Positions 12,395 to 28,100 of a DNA stretch of 64,000 nt are shown here, one piece after another (the stretch's first letter is position 1; each line of letters begins with the position of its first letter). Position numbers and translations under genes: made by a program. This stretch comes from Heterodontus francisci (lineage: Eukaryota), in contig NC_090378.1 in assembly GCF_036365525.1 (NCBI RefSeq), positions 116,979,593 to 117,043,592 on the forward strand. Direction: 5' to 3'. The notes under the pieces are model-generated. The model was not told the origin of the DNA, ran no database searches, and was given only the letters and a program-made list of their open reading frames with translations.

Positions 12395-12925
12395 CACTCA
12401 CTCACTCTCACACTCTCTCTGTCTTTCACTGTCACTGTGTCTCTCTCTCTCTGTCTGTATTTGTGTGTGTATGTGTGTGTGTGTGTGTGTGTGTGTCTCT
12501 CTTTCTCTCTCTCTCTGTTTCCTTCCCTGTGTGTGTGTCTGTCTCTCTGTCTGTATTTGTGTGTGTGTCTCTCTCTGTGTTTCCTTCCCTGTGTGTGCCT
12601 CTCTCTGTCTGTATTTGTGTGTGTCTCTCTCTCTGTCTGTATTTGTGTGTGTGTCTCTCTCTCTGTGTTTCCTTCTCGGTATGTGCCTCTGTGTGTGTGC
12701 CTCTCTCTGTCTGTATTTGTGTGTGTCTCTCTCTCTGTGTTTCCTTCTCGGTATGTGCCTCTGTGTGTGTGTCTCTCTCTGTCTGTATTTGTGTGTGTCT
12801 CTCTCTCTGTGTTTCCTTCTCGGTGTGTGCCTCTGTGTGTGTGTCTGTCTCTCCGTCTGTATTTGTGTGTGTCTCTCTCTGTGTTTACTTCCCGGTGTGT
12901 GCCCCTGTGTCTCTCTCTCTCTTCG
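12395..12925. repeat. Compound (GT)n/(CT)n microsatellite with repeated ctgtatttgtgtg modules
   Basis: Directly visible. Similar sequence resumes at ~15785-16005 after the CR1 insertion. Confidence 0.9.
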
Positions 12926-13131
12926 GGTAAGAATGGATCTGACCCAGATAAATTGGAGAACTGTAACTGAACAATGGGCTGCTTTTAAAGAAGAGATAGT
13001 TCGGGCAAAACCAAGGTGTATTTCCACGAAGGGGAAACGTGGGGCAAACAAATCCAGAGCTCCCTGGATGACAAAAGAGACAGAGGTTAAGATAAAGAAG
13101 AAAAAGTCTGCTTATGATAAATGTCAGGTGG

Positions 13132-13850
13132 ATTTTCTTTTGTTATTTGTTCATGGGATATGGGCGTCACTGGCTAGGCCAGCATTTATTGCCCATCCCT
13201 AATTGCCCACTGAAGGCATTTAAGAGTCAACCACATTGCTGTGGGTCTGGAGTCACATGAAGACCAGACCAGGTAAGGCCTGCAGATTTCCTTCCCTGAA
13301 GGACATTAGTGAACCAGATGGGTTTTTACAACAATCGACAATGGTTTAATGGTCACCATTCCACCAGCTTTTAATTCCAGATTTATTAATTGAATTCAAA
13401 TTTCACTATCTGCCATGGTGGGATTCAAACACATGTCCCCAGAATGGCACAGTGGCGCAGTGGTTAGCACCGCAGCCTCACAGCTCCAGCGACCCGGGTT
13501 CAATTCTGGGTACTGCCTGTGTGGAGTTTGCAAGTTCTCTCTGTGTCTGCGTGGGTTTCCTCCGGGTGCTCCGGTTTCCTCAAACATGCCAAACACTTGC
13601 AGATTGATAGGTAAATTGGCCATTAGCAATTGCCCCTAGTATAGGTAGGTGGTAGGGAAATTTGGGTACAGGTGAGGATGTGGTAGGAATATGGAATTAG
13701 TGTAGGATTAGTATAAATGGGTGGTTGATGGTCGGCACAGACTTGGTGGGCCGAAGGGCCTGTTTCAATGCTGTATCTCTAAAAAAAAAATTAGCCTGGG
13801 CCTCTGGATTACTGGTCAAGTGACATTACCACTACACCATCACCTCCCCC
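13132..13850 (-). mobile_element. tRNA-derived shark SINE inserted in the CR1 and itself split by a V-SINE
   Basis: Minus-strand head ggaggtgatggtgtagtggtaatgtcac... at ~13850-13791 resumes at 13444 (ttctggggacatgtgtttgaatcccacc). CR1 sequence lies on both flanks. Confidence 0.65.
13445..13790 (+). mobile_element. V-SINE (HE1-like elasmobranch SINE)
   Basis: A box TGGCGCAGTGG, B box GGTTCAATTCT, V-domain tgtgtggagtttgca.gttctc...tgcgtgggtttcctccgggtgctccggtttcct, CR1-like tail gggccgaagggcctgttt, A10 end. Confidence 0.85.
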
Positions 13851-16198
13851 GACAATCGAGAACCAGGCTGAATGTAGAAGGCTCAGAGGGGAATTTAAAA
13901 GGCAAAGGGAAGAAAAGAGAGAGTATGAAAAGAGACTGGCAGCTAATACAATAGTGGATCTAATAGTCTTGTATCGGCATGTATATAGTAAAAGAGTGGT
14001 AAAAGGAGTAGTGGGGCGATTAGGGACCAAAAAGGGGATTTACACATGGAGGTAGGAGCATGGCTGAGGTATGAAATGAATACTTTCCATCTGTCTTTAT
14101 CAAGGGAGAAGATGCTGCACAGGTCATAGTGAAAGAGAAGGTAATTCAGACACCAGATGGGTTTAAAATTGATAAAGAGGAGTTATTGGATAGGCTGTCT
14201 GTACTTAAAGTGGATTAAACACCAGGACCGGATGAGATGCACCCAAGGATACTGAGGGAGTGAGAGTGGAAATTGCAGAGCCACTGCCATAATTTTACAG
14301 TCTTCATTAAACTCAGGGATGGTGGCAGAGAATTGGAGAATTGTAAATGTAACACCCTTGTTCAAAAAAAGGGTGTAAAGATAAGCCCAGCAATGTCAAG
14401 CCAGTCAGTTTAACATCAGTGGTGGGGAAACTTCTAGAAAGAATAATTCGGGACAAGATTAATAGTCACATGGACAAGTGCAAGTTAGTTAAGGAAAGCC
14501 AGCAATGATTTGTTCAGGGCAAATCATGTTTAACTAACTTGTTGGAGTTTTTGATGAGGTAACAGAGAGAGTTGATGAGGGCAATGTTGTTGCTGTTGAT
14601 GTTGTGTACATGGACTTTCAAAAGGTGTTTGATACAGTGCCACACAACAGACTGGTGAGCAAAGTTATAGCTCATGGAATAAAAGGGACAGTAGCAACAT
14701 GGATATAAAATTGGCTGAGTGACAGGAAAAAGAGAGTAGTTAATGGATGTTTTTCAGGCTGGAGGAAGGTTTGTAGTGGAGTTCCTCAGGGATCAGTGTT
14801 GGGATCCTTGCTTTTCCTAATATATATTAATGACCTAAACCTTGGTGTGCAGGGCACAATTTCAAAATTTGCAGAAGATACAAAACTTGGAAGTATTGTG
14901 AACTGTGAGGAAGACAGTGTAGAACTTCAAAAGGATACAGACAGGTTGGTGGAATGGGCTGACAAGTGGCAGATGAAATTTAAATGCAGAGAAGTGTGAT
15001 GTGGTAGAGAGAATGCGGAGAGACAATATAAAATAAAGGGTATAATTCTAAAGGAGGTACAGGAGCAGAGGGACCTAAGTGTATATGTGCGGAAGTCATT
15101 GAAGGTGGCAGGACAGGTTGAGAGAGAGGTTAATAAAGCATACAGTATCTTGGGCTTTATTAATAGGGGCACAGAGTACAAGAGCAAGGAGGTTATGTTA
15201 AATTTGTATAAAACACTAGTTCAGCCTCAACTGGAGGACTGTGTCCAGTTCTGGGTGCCACAATTTAGGAAGGAAGTGAAGGCATTAGAGAGGGTGCAGA
15301 AAGGATTCACAAGAATCGGTCCAGGGATAGTTATGTGGATAAATTGGAGAAGCTGGGACTGTTTCCTTGGAGATGAGAAGGTTGAGAGGGGATTTGATAG
15401 GGGTATTCAAAATCATTAGGGCTCTGGACAGAGTAGATAGGGAGAAACTATTACCATTGGTGGAAGGATCGAGAACCAGAGGGCACAGATGTAAGGTAAT
15501 TGGCAAAAGATGCAATGGTGACATGAGGAGAAACTTTTTCACACAGGGAGTAGTTCGGATCTGGAATGCACTGCCTGAGAGTGTGGTGGAGGCAGGTTCA
15601 ATTGATGCATTCAAAAGGGAATTGGATTATTCTCCTAAAAGGAAGGATATGCAGGATGACGGGGAGAAGGTGCCGGAGTGTCACGAGGTGAATTGCTCTT
15701 TCAGAGATCCAGCACAGAAATGATGGCCTGAATGGCCTTCTTCTGTGCTGTAACCATTCTATAATTCTATCATTGTTTTTCAAAGTCTGTATTTGTCTCT
15801 CATTGCCTGCGTGTCTCCCGTTGTGTGTGTGTGGATGTGTCTCTTTCCTTCTGTCTCTCTCTCAATGTCTGCGTGCATGTCTCTGTGCCTCTACGCATAT
15901 CTCCCTGTCCCTCTCCCACCTTCTCTCACTCATTCTGTCTCTCCCTTGGTCTGTATCTCTCTCACACTCTGCCTCTCACTGTTTCTGTGTCTCGCTGTGT
16001 CTAAGCTGCATGCAGCAGTGCTCGGGAGAGTTGGAATCCCAATTCGATGAAAACATTTTCAGCATCTCTTCATAAGTGCACATGGAGTGTTCGAGGAACA
16101 ACTTAAGCCTTCAATGAGCAGTGGGCACCACAGGGGCAGGGGGGTGTAGTGGACAGTGAACATAATGTCATGGTTTAATTTGATCAGTTTACGTTCTT

Positions 16199-19100
16199 CA
16201 TTAATTATATTACATATATAACTGTGAGATGTGTCAGTACAGGAGGTGGGACTGTGTGTCCATTATTATATATTATATATAACTGTGGGATGTGTCAGTG
16301 CCGGAGGTGGGACTGTGTGTCCATTATTATATATTATATATAACTGTGGGATGTGTCAGTGCAGGAGGTGGGACTGTGTGTCCACTATTTTATATTATAT
16401 ATAACTGTGGGATGTGTCAGTACAGGAGGTGGGACTGTGTATCCATTATTATATATTATATATAACTGTGGGATGTGTCAGTGCAGGAGGTGGGACTGTG
16501 TGTCCATTATTATATATTATATATAACTGTGGGAAGTGTCAGTCCAGGAGGTGGGACCGTGTGTCCATTATTATATATTATATATAACTGTGGGATGTGT
16601 CAGTGCCGGAGGTGGGACTGTGTGTCCATTATTATATATTATATATAACTGTGGGATGTGTCAGTGCAGGAGGTGGGACTGTGTGTCCATTATTATAAAT
16701 TATATATAACTGTGGGATGTGTCAGTACAGGAGGTGGGACTGTGTGTCCATTATTATATATTATATACAACTGTGGGATGTGTCAGTCCAGGAGGTGGGA
16801 CTGTGTGTCCATTATTATATATTATATATAACTGTGGGATGTGTCAGTGCAGGAGGTGGGACTGTGTGTCCATTATTATATATTATATATAACTGTGGGA
16901 TGTGTCAGTCCAGGAGGTGGGACTGTGTGTCCATTATTATATATTATAGATAACTGTGGGATGTGTCAGTCCAGGAGGTGGGACTGTGTGTCCATTATTA
17001 TATATTGTATATAACAGTGGGATGTGTCAGTCCAGGAGGTGGGACTGTGTGTCCATTATTATATATTATATATAACTGTGGGATGTGTCAGTCCAGGAGG
17101 TGGGACTGTGTGTCCATTATTATATATTATATATAACTGTGGGATGTGTCAGTCCAGGAGGTGAGACTGTGTGTCCATTATTATATATTATATATAACTG
17201 TGGGATGTGTCAGTCCAGGAGGTGGGACTGTGTGTCCATTATTATATATTATATATAACTGTGGGATGTGTCAGTATGCAGGAGGTGGGACTGTGTGTCC
17301 ATTATTATATATGATATATAGCTGTGGGATGTGTCAGTACAGGAGGTGAGACTGTGTGTCCTTTATTATATATTATATATAAATGTGGGACGTGTCAGTA
17401 CAGGAGGTGGGACTGTGTGCCCATTATTATATATTACATATAACTGTGGGATGTGTCAGTCCAGGAGGTGGGACTGTGTGTCCATTATTATATATTATAT
17501 ATAACTGTGGGATGTGTCAGTACAGGAGGTGGGACGGTGTGTCCATTATTATATATTATATATAACTGTGGGATGTGTCAGTCCAGGAGGTGGGACTGTG
17601 TGTCCATTATTATATATTATATATAACTGTGGGATGTGTCAGTATACAGGAGGTGGGACTGTGTGTCCATTATTATATATTATATATAGCTGTGGGATGT
17701 GTCGGTACAGGAGGTGGGACCGTGTGTCCATTATTATATATTATATATAGCTGTGGGATGTGTCAGTACAGGAGGTGAGACTGTGTGTCCATTATTATAT
17801 ATTATATATAACTGTGGGATGTGTCAGTCCAGGAGGTGGGACTGTGTGTCCATTATTATATATTATATATAACTGTGGGATGTGTCAGTACAGGAGGTGG
17901 GACTGTGTGTCCATTATTATATATTATATATAACTGTGGGATGTGTCAGTACAGGAGGTGGGACTGTGTGTCCATTATTATATATTATATATAACTGTGG
18001 GATGTGTCAGTACAGGAGGTGGGTCAGTGTGTCCATTATTATATATTATATATAACTGTGGGATGTGTCAGTACAGGAGGTGGGACTGTGTGTCCATTAT
18101 TATATATTATATATAACTGTGGGATGTGTCAGTGCAGGAGGTGGGACTGTGTGTCCATTATTATTTATTATATATAACTGTGGGATGTGTCAGTGCAGGA
18201 GGTGGGACTGTGTGTCCATTATTATATATTATATATAACTGTGGGATGTGTCAGTCCAGGAGGTGAGACGGTGTGTCCATTATTATATATTATATATAAC
18301 TGTGGGATGTGTCAGTACAGGAGGTGGGACTGTGTGTCCATTATTATATATTATATATAACTGTGGGATGTGTCAGTGCAGGAGGTGGGACTGTGTGTCC
18401 ATTATTATTTATTATATATAACTGTGGGATGTGTCAGTGCAGGAGGTGGGACTGTGTGTCCATTATTATATATTATATATAACTGTGGGATGTGTCAGTA
18501 CAGGAGGTGGGACTGTGTGTCCATTATTATATATTATATATAACTGTGGGATGTGTCAGTCCAGGAGGTGAGACGGTGTGTCCATTATTATATATTATAT
18601 ATAACTGTGGGATGTGTCAGTCCAGGAGGTGGGACTGTGTGTCCATTATTATTTATTATATATAACTGTGGGATGTGTCAGTGCAGGAGGTGGGACTGTG
18701 TGTCCATTATTATATATTATATATAACTGTGGGATGTGTCAGTGCAGGAGGTGGGACTGTGTGTCCATTATTATTTATTATATATAACTGTGGGATGTGT
18801 CAGTGCAGGAGGTGGGACTGTGTGTCCATTATTATATATTATATATAACTGTGGGATGTGTCAGTACAGGAGGTGGGACTGTGTGTCCATTATTATATAT
18901 TATATATAACTGTGGGATGTGTCAGTCCAGGAGGTGAGACGGTGTGTCCATTATTATATATTATATATAACTGTGGGATGTGTCAGTCCAGGAGGTGGGA
19001 CTGTGTGTCCATTATTATATATTATATATAACTGTGGGATGTGTCAGTGCAGGAGGTGGGACTGTGTGTCCATTATTATATATTATATATAACTGTGGGA

Positions 19101-22100
19101 TGTGTCAGTACAGGAGATGGGACTGTGTGTCCATTATTATATATTATATATAACTGTGGGATGTGTCAGTACAGGAGGTGGGACTGTGTTTCCATTATTA
19201 TTTATTATATATAACTGTGGGATGTGTCAGTGCAGGAGGTGGGACTGTGTGTCCATTATTATATATTATATATAACTGTGGGATGTGTCAGTACAGGAGG
19301 TGGGACTGTGTGTCCATTATTATATATTATATATAACTGTGGGATGTGTCAGTGCAGGAGGTGGGACTGTGTGTCCATTATTATTTATTATATATAACTG
19401 TGGGATGTGTCAGTACAGGAGGTGGGACTGTGTGTCCATTATTATATATTATATATAACTGTGGGATGTGTCAGTGCAGGAGGTGGGACTGTGTGTCCAT
19501 TATTATATATTATATATAACTGTGGGATGTGTCAGTACAGGAGGTGGGACTGTGTGTCCATTATTATATATTATATATAACTGTGGGATGTGTCAGTGCA
19601 GGAGGTGGGACTGTGTGTCCATTATTATATATTATATATAACTGTGGGATGTGTCAGTGCAGGAGGTGGGACTGTGTGTCCATTATTATAAATTATATAT
19701 AACTGTGGGATGTGTCAGTCCAGGAGGTGAGACGGTGTGTCCATTATTATATATTATATATAACTGTGGGATGTGTCAGTACAGGAGGTGGGACTGTGTG
19801 TCCATTATTATATATTATATATAACTGTGGGATGTGTCAGTGCAGGAGGTGGGACTGTGTGTCCATTATTATAAATTATATATAACTGTGGGATGTGTCA
19901 GTCCAGGAGGTGAGACGGTGTGTCCATTATTATATATTATATATAACTGTGGGATGTGTCAGTACAGGAGGTGGGACTGTGTGTCCATTATTATATATTA
20001 TATATAACTGTGGGATGTGTCAGTCCAGGAGGTGGGACTGTGTGTCCATTATTATATATTATATATAACTGTGGGATGTGTCAGTACAGGAGGTGGGACT
20101 GTGTGTCCATTATTATATATTATATATAACTGTGGGATGTGTCAGTACAGGAGGTGGGACTGTGTGTCCATTATTATATATTATATATAACTGTGGGATG
20201 TGTCAGTCCAGGAGGTGGGACTGTGTGTCCATTATTATATATTATATATAACTGTGGGATGTGTCAGTGCAGGAGGTGGGACTGTGTGTCCATTATTATA
20301 TATTACATATAACTGTGGGATGTGTCAGTGCAGGAGGTGGGACTGTGTGTCCATTATTATTTATTATATATAACTGTGGGATGTGTCAGTGCAGGAGGTG
20401 GGACTGTGTGTCCATTATTATATATTATATATAACTGTGGGATGTGTCAGTACAGGAGGTGGGACTGTGTGTCCATTATTATATATTATATATAACTGTG
20501 GGATGTGTCAGTGCAGGAGGTGGGACTGTGTGTCCATTATTATTTATTATATATAACTGTGGGATGTGTCAGTGCAGGAGGTGGGACTGTGTGTCCATTA
20601 TTATATATTATATATAACTGTGGGATGTGTCAGTGCAGGAGGTGGGACTGTGTGTCAATTATTATTTATTATATATAACTGTGGGATGTGTCAGTGCAGG
20701 AGGTGGGACTGTGTGTCCATTATTATATATTATATATAACTGTGGGATGTGTCAGTACAGGAGGTGGGACTGTGTGTCCATTATTATATATTATATATAA
20801 CTGTGGGATGTGTCAGTGCAGGAGGTGGGACTGTGTGTCCATTATTATATATTATATATAACTGTGGGATGTGTCAGTACAGGAGATGGGACTGTGTGTC
20901 CATTATTATATATTATATATAACTGTGGGATGTGTCAGTGCAGGAGGTGGGACTGTGTGTCCATTATTATTTATTATATATAACTGTGGGATGTGTCAGT
21001 ACAGGAGGTGGGACTGTGTGTCCATTATTATTTATTATATATAACTGTGGGATGTGTCAGTGCAGGAGGTGGGACTGTGTGTCCATTATTATATATTATA
21101 TATAACTGTGGGATGTGTCAGTGCAGGAGGTGGGACTGTGTGTCCATTATTATTTATTATATATAACTGTGGGATGTGTCAGTGCAGGAGGTGGGACTGT
21201 GTGTCCATTATTATATATTATATATAACTGTGGGATGTGTCAGTACAGGAGGTGGGACTGTGTGTCCATTATTATATATTATATATAACTGTGGGATGTG
21301 TCAGTGCAGGAGGTGGGACTGTGTGTCCATTATTATTTATTATATATAACTGTGGGATGTGTCAGTGCAGGAGGTGGGACTGTGTGTCCATTATTATATA
21401 TTATATATAACTGTGGGATGTGTCAGTACAGGAGGTGAGACGGTGTGTCCATTATTATATATTATATATAACTGTGGGATGTGTCAGTACAGGAGGTGGG
21501 ACCGTGTGTCCATTATTATATATTACATATAACTGTGGGATGTGTCAGTACAGGAGGTGAGACGGTGTGTCCATTATTATATATTATATATAACTGTGGG
21601 ATGTGTCAGTACAGGAGGTGGGACCGTGTGTCCATTATTATATATTACATATAACTGTGGGATGTGTCAGTACAGGAGGTGAGACGGTGTGTCCATTATT
21701 ATATATTACATATAACTGTGGGATGTGTCAGTCCAGGAGGTGAGACTGTGTGTCCATTATTATGTATTATATATAACTGTGGGATGTGTCAGTCCAGGAG
21801 GTGGGACCGTGTGTCCATTATTATATATTATATATAACTGTGGGATGTGTCAGTACAGGAGGTGGGACCGTGTGTCCATTATTATATATTATATATAACT
21901 GTGGGATGTGTCAGTCCAGGAGGTGAGACGGTGTGTCCATTATTATATATTACATATAACTGTGGGATGTGTCAGTCCAGGAGGTGGGACCGTGTGTCCA
22001 TTATTATATATTATATATAACTGTGGGATGTGTCAGTACAGGAGGTGGGACCGTGTGTCCATTATTATATATTATATATAACTGTGGGATGTGTCAGTCC

Positions 22101-25100
22101 AGGAGGTGAGACTGTGTGTCCATTATTATGTATTATATATAACTGTGGGATGTGTCAGTATACATGAGGTGGGACTGTGTGTCCACTATTATATATTATA
22201 TATAGCTGTGGGATGTGTCAGTACAGGAGGTGAGACTGTGTTTCCATTATTATGTATTATATATAACTGTGGGATGTGTCAGTACATGAGGTGGGACTGT
22301 GTGTCCACTATTATATATTATATATAGCTGTGGGATGTGTCAGTACATGAGGTGGGACTGTGTGTCCACTATTATATATTATATATAACTGTGGGATGTG
22401 TCAGTCCAGAAGGTGAGACTGAGTGTCCATTATTATATATTATATATAACTGTGGGATGTGTCAGTGCAGGAGCTGGGACCGTGTGTCCATTATTACATA
22501 TTATATATAACTGTGGGATGTGTCAGTCCAGGAGGTGGGACTGTGTGTCCATTATTTTATATTATATATAACCGTGGGATGTGTCAGTCCAGGAGGTGGG
22601 ACTGTGTGTCGATTATTATGTATTATATATAACTGTGGGATGTGTCAGTTTTCAGGAGGTGGGACTGTGTGTCCATTATTTTATATTGTATATAACTGTG
22701 GTACGTGTCAGTACAGGAGGTGGGACCATGTGTCCATTATTATATATTATATATAACTGTGGGATGTGTCAGTCCAGGAGGTGGGACTGTGTGTCCATTA
22801 TTATGTATTATATATAACTGTGGGATGTGTCAGTATACATGAGGTGGGACTGTGTGTCCACTATTATATATTATATATAGCTGTGGGATGTGTCAGTACA
22901 GGAGGTGAGACTGTGTGTCCATTATTATGTATTATATATAACTGTGGGATGTGTCAGTCCAGAAGGTGAGACAGTGTGTCCATTATTATATATTATATAT
23001 AACTGTGGGATGTGTCAGTGCAGGAGGTGGGACCGTGTGTCCATTATTACATATTATATATAACTGTGGGATGTGTCAGTCCAGGAGGTGGGACTGTGTG
23101 TCCATTATTTTATATTATATATAACTGTGGGATGTGTCAGTCCAGGAGGTGGGACTGTGTGTCCATTATTATATATTATATATAACTGTGGGATGTGTCA
23201 GTGCAGGAGGTGGGACCGTGTGTCCATTATTATATATTATATAGAACTGTGGGACGTGTCAGTCCAGGAGGTGGGACTGTGTGTCCATTATTTTATATTG
23301 TATATAACTGTGGGACGTGTCAGTACAGGAGGTGGGACTGTGTGTCCATTATTATATATTACATATAACTGTGGGATGTGTCAGTCCAGGAGGTGGGTCT
23401 GTGTGTCCATTATTATGTATTATATATAACTGTGGGATGTGTCAGTATACAGGAGGTGGGACTGTGTGTCCATTATTTTATATTATATATAACTGTGGTA
23501 CGTGTCAGTACAGGAGGTGGGACTGTGTGTCCATTATTATGTATTATATATAACTGTGGGATGTGTCAGTCCAGAAGGTGAGACTGTGTGTCCATTATTA
23601 TATATTATATATAACTGTGGGATGTGTCAGTGCAGGAGGTGGGACCGTGTGTCCATTATTACATATTATATATAACTGTGGGATGTGTCAGTCCAGGAGG
23701 TGGGACTGTGTGTCCATTATTTTATATTATATATAACTGTGGGATGTGTCAGTCCAGGAGGTGGGACTGTGTGTCCATTATTATATATTATATATAACTG
23801 TGGGATGTGTCAGTGCAGGAGGTGGGACCGTGTGTCCATTATTATATATTACATATAACTGTGGGATGTGTCAGTCCAGGAGGTGGGACTGTGTGTCCAT
23901 TATTATATATTGTATATAACTGTGGGACGTGTCAGTACAGGAGGTGGGACTGTGTGTCCATTATTATGTATTATATATAACTGTGGGATGTGTCAGTATA
24001 CATGAGGTGGGACTGTGTGTCCACTATTATATATTATATATAGCTGTGGGATGTGTCAGTACAGGAGGTGAGACTGTGTGTCCATTATTATGTATTATAT
24101 ATAACTGTGGGATGTGTCAGTATACATGAGGTGGGACTGTGTGTCCACTATTATATATTATATATAGCTGTGGGATGTGTCAGTACATGAGGTGGGACTG
24201 TGTGTCCACTATTATATATTATATATAACTGTGGGATGTGTCAGTCCAGAAGGTGAGACTGTGTGTCCATTATTATATATTATATATAACTGTGGGATGT
24301 GTCAGTGCAGGAGGTGGGACCGTGTGTCCATTATTACATATTATATATAACTGTGGGATGTGTCAGTCCAGAAGGTGAGACAGTGTGTCCATTATTATAT
24401 ATTATATATAACTGTGGGATGTGTCAGTGCAGGAGGTGGGACCGTGTGTCCATTATTACATATTATATATAACTGTGGGATGTGTCAGTCCAGGAGGTGG
24501 GACTGTGTGTCCATTATTTTATATTATATATAACTGTGGGATGTGTCAGTCCAGGAGGTGGGACTGTGTGTCCATTATTATATATTATATATAACTGTGG
24601 GATGTGTCAGTGCAGGAGGTGGGACCATGTGTCCATTATTATATATTACATATAACTGTGGGATGTGTCAGTCCAGGAGGTGGGACTGTGTGTCCATTAT
24701 TATATATTGTATATAACTGTGGGACGTGTCAGTACAGGAGGTGGGACTGTGTGTCCATTATTATGTATTATATATAACTGTGGGATGTGTCAGTATACAT
24801 GAGGTGGGACTGTGTGTCCACTATTATATATTATATATAGCTGTGGGATGTGTCAGTACAGGAGGTGAGACTGTGTGTCCATTATTATGTATTATATATA
24901 ACTGTGGGATGTGTCAGTATACATGAGGTGGGACTGTGTGTCCACTATTATATATTATATATAGCTGTGGGATGTGTCAGTACATGAGGTGGGACTGTGT
25001 GTCCACTATTATATATTATATATAACTGTGGGATGTGTCAGTCCAGAAGGTGAGACTGTGTGTCCATTATTATATATTATATATAACTGTGGGATGTGTC

Positions 25101-28100
25101 AGTGCAGGAGGTGGGACCGTGTGTCTATTATTACATATTATATATAACTGTGGGATGTGTCAGTCCAGGAGGTGGGACTGTGTGTCCATTATTTTATATT
25201 ATATATAACTGTGGGATGTGTCAGTCCAGGAGGTGGGACTGTGTGTCCATTATTATGTATTATATATAACTGTGGGATGTGTCAGTATACAGGAGGTGGG
25301 ACTGTGTGTCCATTATTTTATATTGTATATAACTGTGGTACGTGTCAGTACAGGAGGTGGGACTGTGTGTCCATTATTATATATTACATATAACTGTGGG
25401 ATGTGTCAGTCCAGGAGGTGGGATTGTGTGTCCATTATTATGTATTATATATAACTGTGGGATGTGTCAGTATACATGAGGTGGGACTGTGTGTCCACTA
25501 TTATATATTATATATAGCTGTGGGATGTGTCAGTACAGGAGGTGAGACTGTGTGTCCATTATTATGTATTATATATAACTGTGGGATGTGTCAGTCCAGA
25601 AGGTGAGACAGTGAGTCCATTATTATATATTATATATAACTGTGGGATGTGTCAGTGCAGGAGGTGGGACCGTGTGTCCATTATTACATATTATATATAA
25701 CTGTGGGATGTGTCAGTCCAGGAGGTGGGACTGTGTGTCCATTATTTTATATTATATATAACTGTGGGATGTGTCAGTCCAGGAGGTGGGACTGTGTGTC
25801 CATTATTATATATTATATATAACTGTGGGATGTGTCAGTGCAGGAGGTGGGACCGTGTGTCCATTATTATATATTATATATAACTGTGAGATGTGTCAGT
25901 ACAGGAGGTGGGACTGTGTGTCCATTATTTTATATTGTATATAACTGTGGGACGTGTCAGTACAGGAGGTGGGACTGTGTGTCCATTATTATATATTACA
26001 TATAACTGTGGGATGTGTCAGTCCAGGAGGTGGGACTGTGTGTCCATTATTATATATTATATATAACTGTGGGATGTGTCAGTGCAGGAGGTGGGACCGT
26101 GTGTCCATTATTATATATTACATATAACTGTGGGATGTGTCAGTGCAGGAGGTGAGAATGCGTGTCCATTATTATATATTATATATAACTGTGGGATGTG
26201 TTAGTCCAGGAGGTGGGACTGTGTGTCCATTATTATATATTATATATAACTGTGGGATGTGTCAGTCCAGGAGGTGGGACTGTGTGTCCATTATTATATA
26301 TTATATATAACTGTGGGATGTGTCAGTCCAGGAGGTGGGACTGTGTGTCCATTATTATATATTATATATAACTGTGGGATGTGTCAGTCCAGGAGGTGGG
26401 ACTGTGTGTCCATTATTACATATTATATATAACTGTGGGATGTGTCAGTATACAGGAGGTGGGACTGTGTGTCCATTATTATATATTATATATAGCTGTG
26501 GGATGTGTCAGTACAGGAGGTGGGACCGTGTGTCCATTATTATATATTACATATAACTGTGGGATGTGTCAGTCCAGGAGGTGGGACTGTGTGTCCATTA
26601 TTATATATTGTATATAACTGTGGGACGTGTCAGTCCAGGAGGTGGGACTGTGTGTCCATTATTATATATTATATATAACTGTGGGATGTGTCAGTACAGG
26701 AGGTGGGTCAGTGTGTCCATTATTATATATTATATATAACTGTGGGATGTGTCAGTACAGGAGGTGGGACTGTGAGTCCATTATTTTTTATTATTTATAT
26801 CTGTGGGATGTGTCAGTACAGGCGGTGGGACTGTGTGTCCATTATTATATATTATATATAACTGTGGGATGTGTCAGTGCAGGAGGTGGGACTGTGTGTC
26901 CATTATTATATATTATATATAACTGTGGGATGTGTCAGTGCAGGAGGTGGGACTGTGTGTCCATTATTATATATTATATATAACTGTGGGATGTGTCAGT
27001 ACAGGAGGTGAGACGGTGTGTCCATTATTATATATTATATATAACTGTGGGATGTGTCAGTACAGGAGGTGGGACCGTGTGTCCATTATTATATATTACA
27101 TATAACTGTGGGATGTGTCAGTCCAGGAGGTGGGACTGTGTGTCCATTATTATATATTGTATATAACTGTGGGACGTGTCAGTACAGGAGGTGGGACTGT
27201 GTGTCCATTATTATATATTGTATATAACTGTGGGACGTGTCAGTCCAGGAGGTGGGACTGTGTGTCCATTATTATATATTGTATGTAACTGTGGGAAGTG
27301 TCAGTACAGGAGGTGGGACTGTGTGTCCATTATTATAAATTATATATAACTGTGGGATGTCAGTACAGGAGGTGGGACTGCGTGTCCATTATCATATATT
27401 ATATATAACTGTGGGATGTGTCAGTACAGGAGGTGGGACTGTGTGTCCATTATTATGTATTATATATAACTGTGGGATGTGTCAGTCCAGAAGGTGAGAC
27501 AGTGAGTCCATTATTATATATTATATATAACTGTGGGATGTGTCAGTGCAGGAGGTGGGACCGTGTGTCCATTATTACATATTATATATAACTGTGGGAT
27601 GTGTCAGTCCAGGAGGTGGGACTGTGTGTCCATTATTTTATATTATATATAACTGTGGGATGTGTCAGTCCAGGAGGTGGGACTGTGTGTCCATTATTAT
27701 ATATTATATATAACTGTGGGATGTGTCAGTGCAGGAGGTGGGACCGTGTGTCCATTATTATATATTATATATAACTGTGAGATGTGTCAGTACAGGAGGT
27801 GGGACTGTGTGTCCATTATTTTATATTGTATATAACTGTGGGACGTGTCAGTACAGGAGGTGGGACTGTGTGTCCATTATTATATATTACATATAACTGT
27901 GGGATGTGTCAGTCCAGGAGGTGGGACTGTGTGTCCATTATTATATATTATATATAACTGTGGGATGTGTCAGTGCAGGAGGTGGGACCGTGTGTCCATT
28001 ATTATATATTACATATAACTGTGGGATGTGTCAGTGCAGGAGGTGAGAATGCGTGTCCATTATTATATATTATATATAACTGTGGGATGTGTTAGTCCAG

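Larger units (their letters stand above)
12928..15772 (+). mobile_element. 5'-truncated CR1 LINE (ORF2 RT region, disrupted), interrupted by nested SINEs
   Basis: Fragments GVPQGSVLGSLLFLIYINDL, SKFAEDTKLG, KAYSILGFINRG..YKTLVQPQLE, RLRGDLI, RTRGH, RNFFTQGVVRIWNALP. CR1-type tail ggcctgaatggccttcttctgtgctgtaaccattctataattctat. Confidence 0.9.

Noticed and set aside
13446-13515. tRNA gene
   Set aside because: The A/B boxes belong to a SINE head followed by a V-domain and a LINE-like tail.
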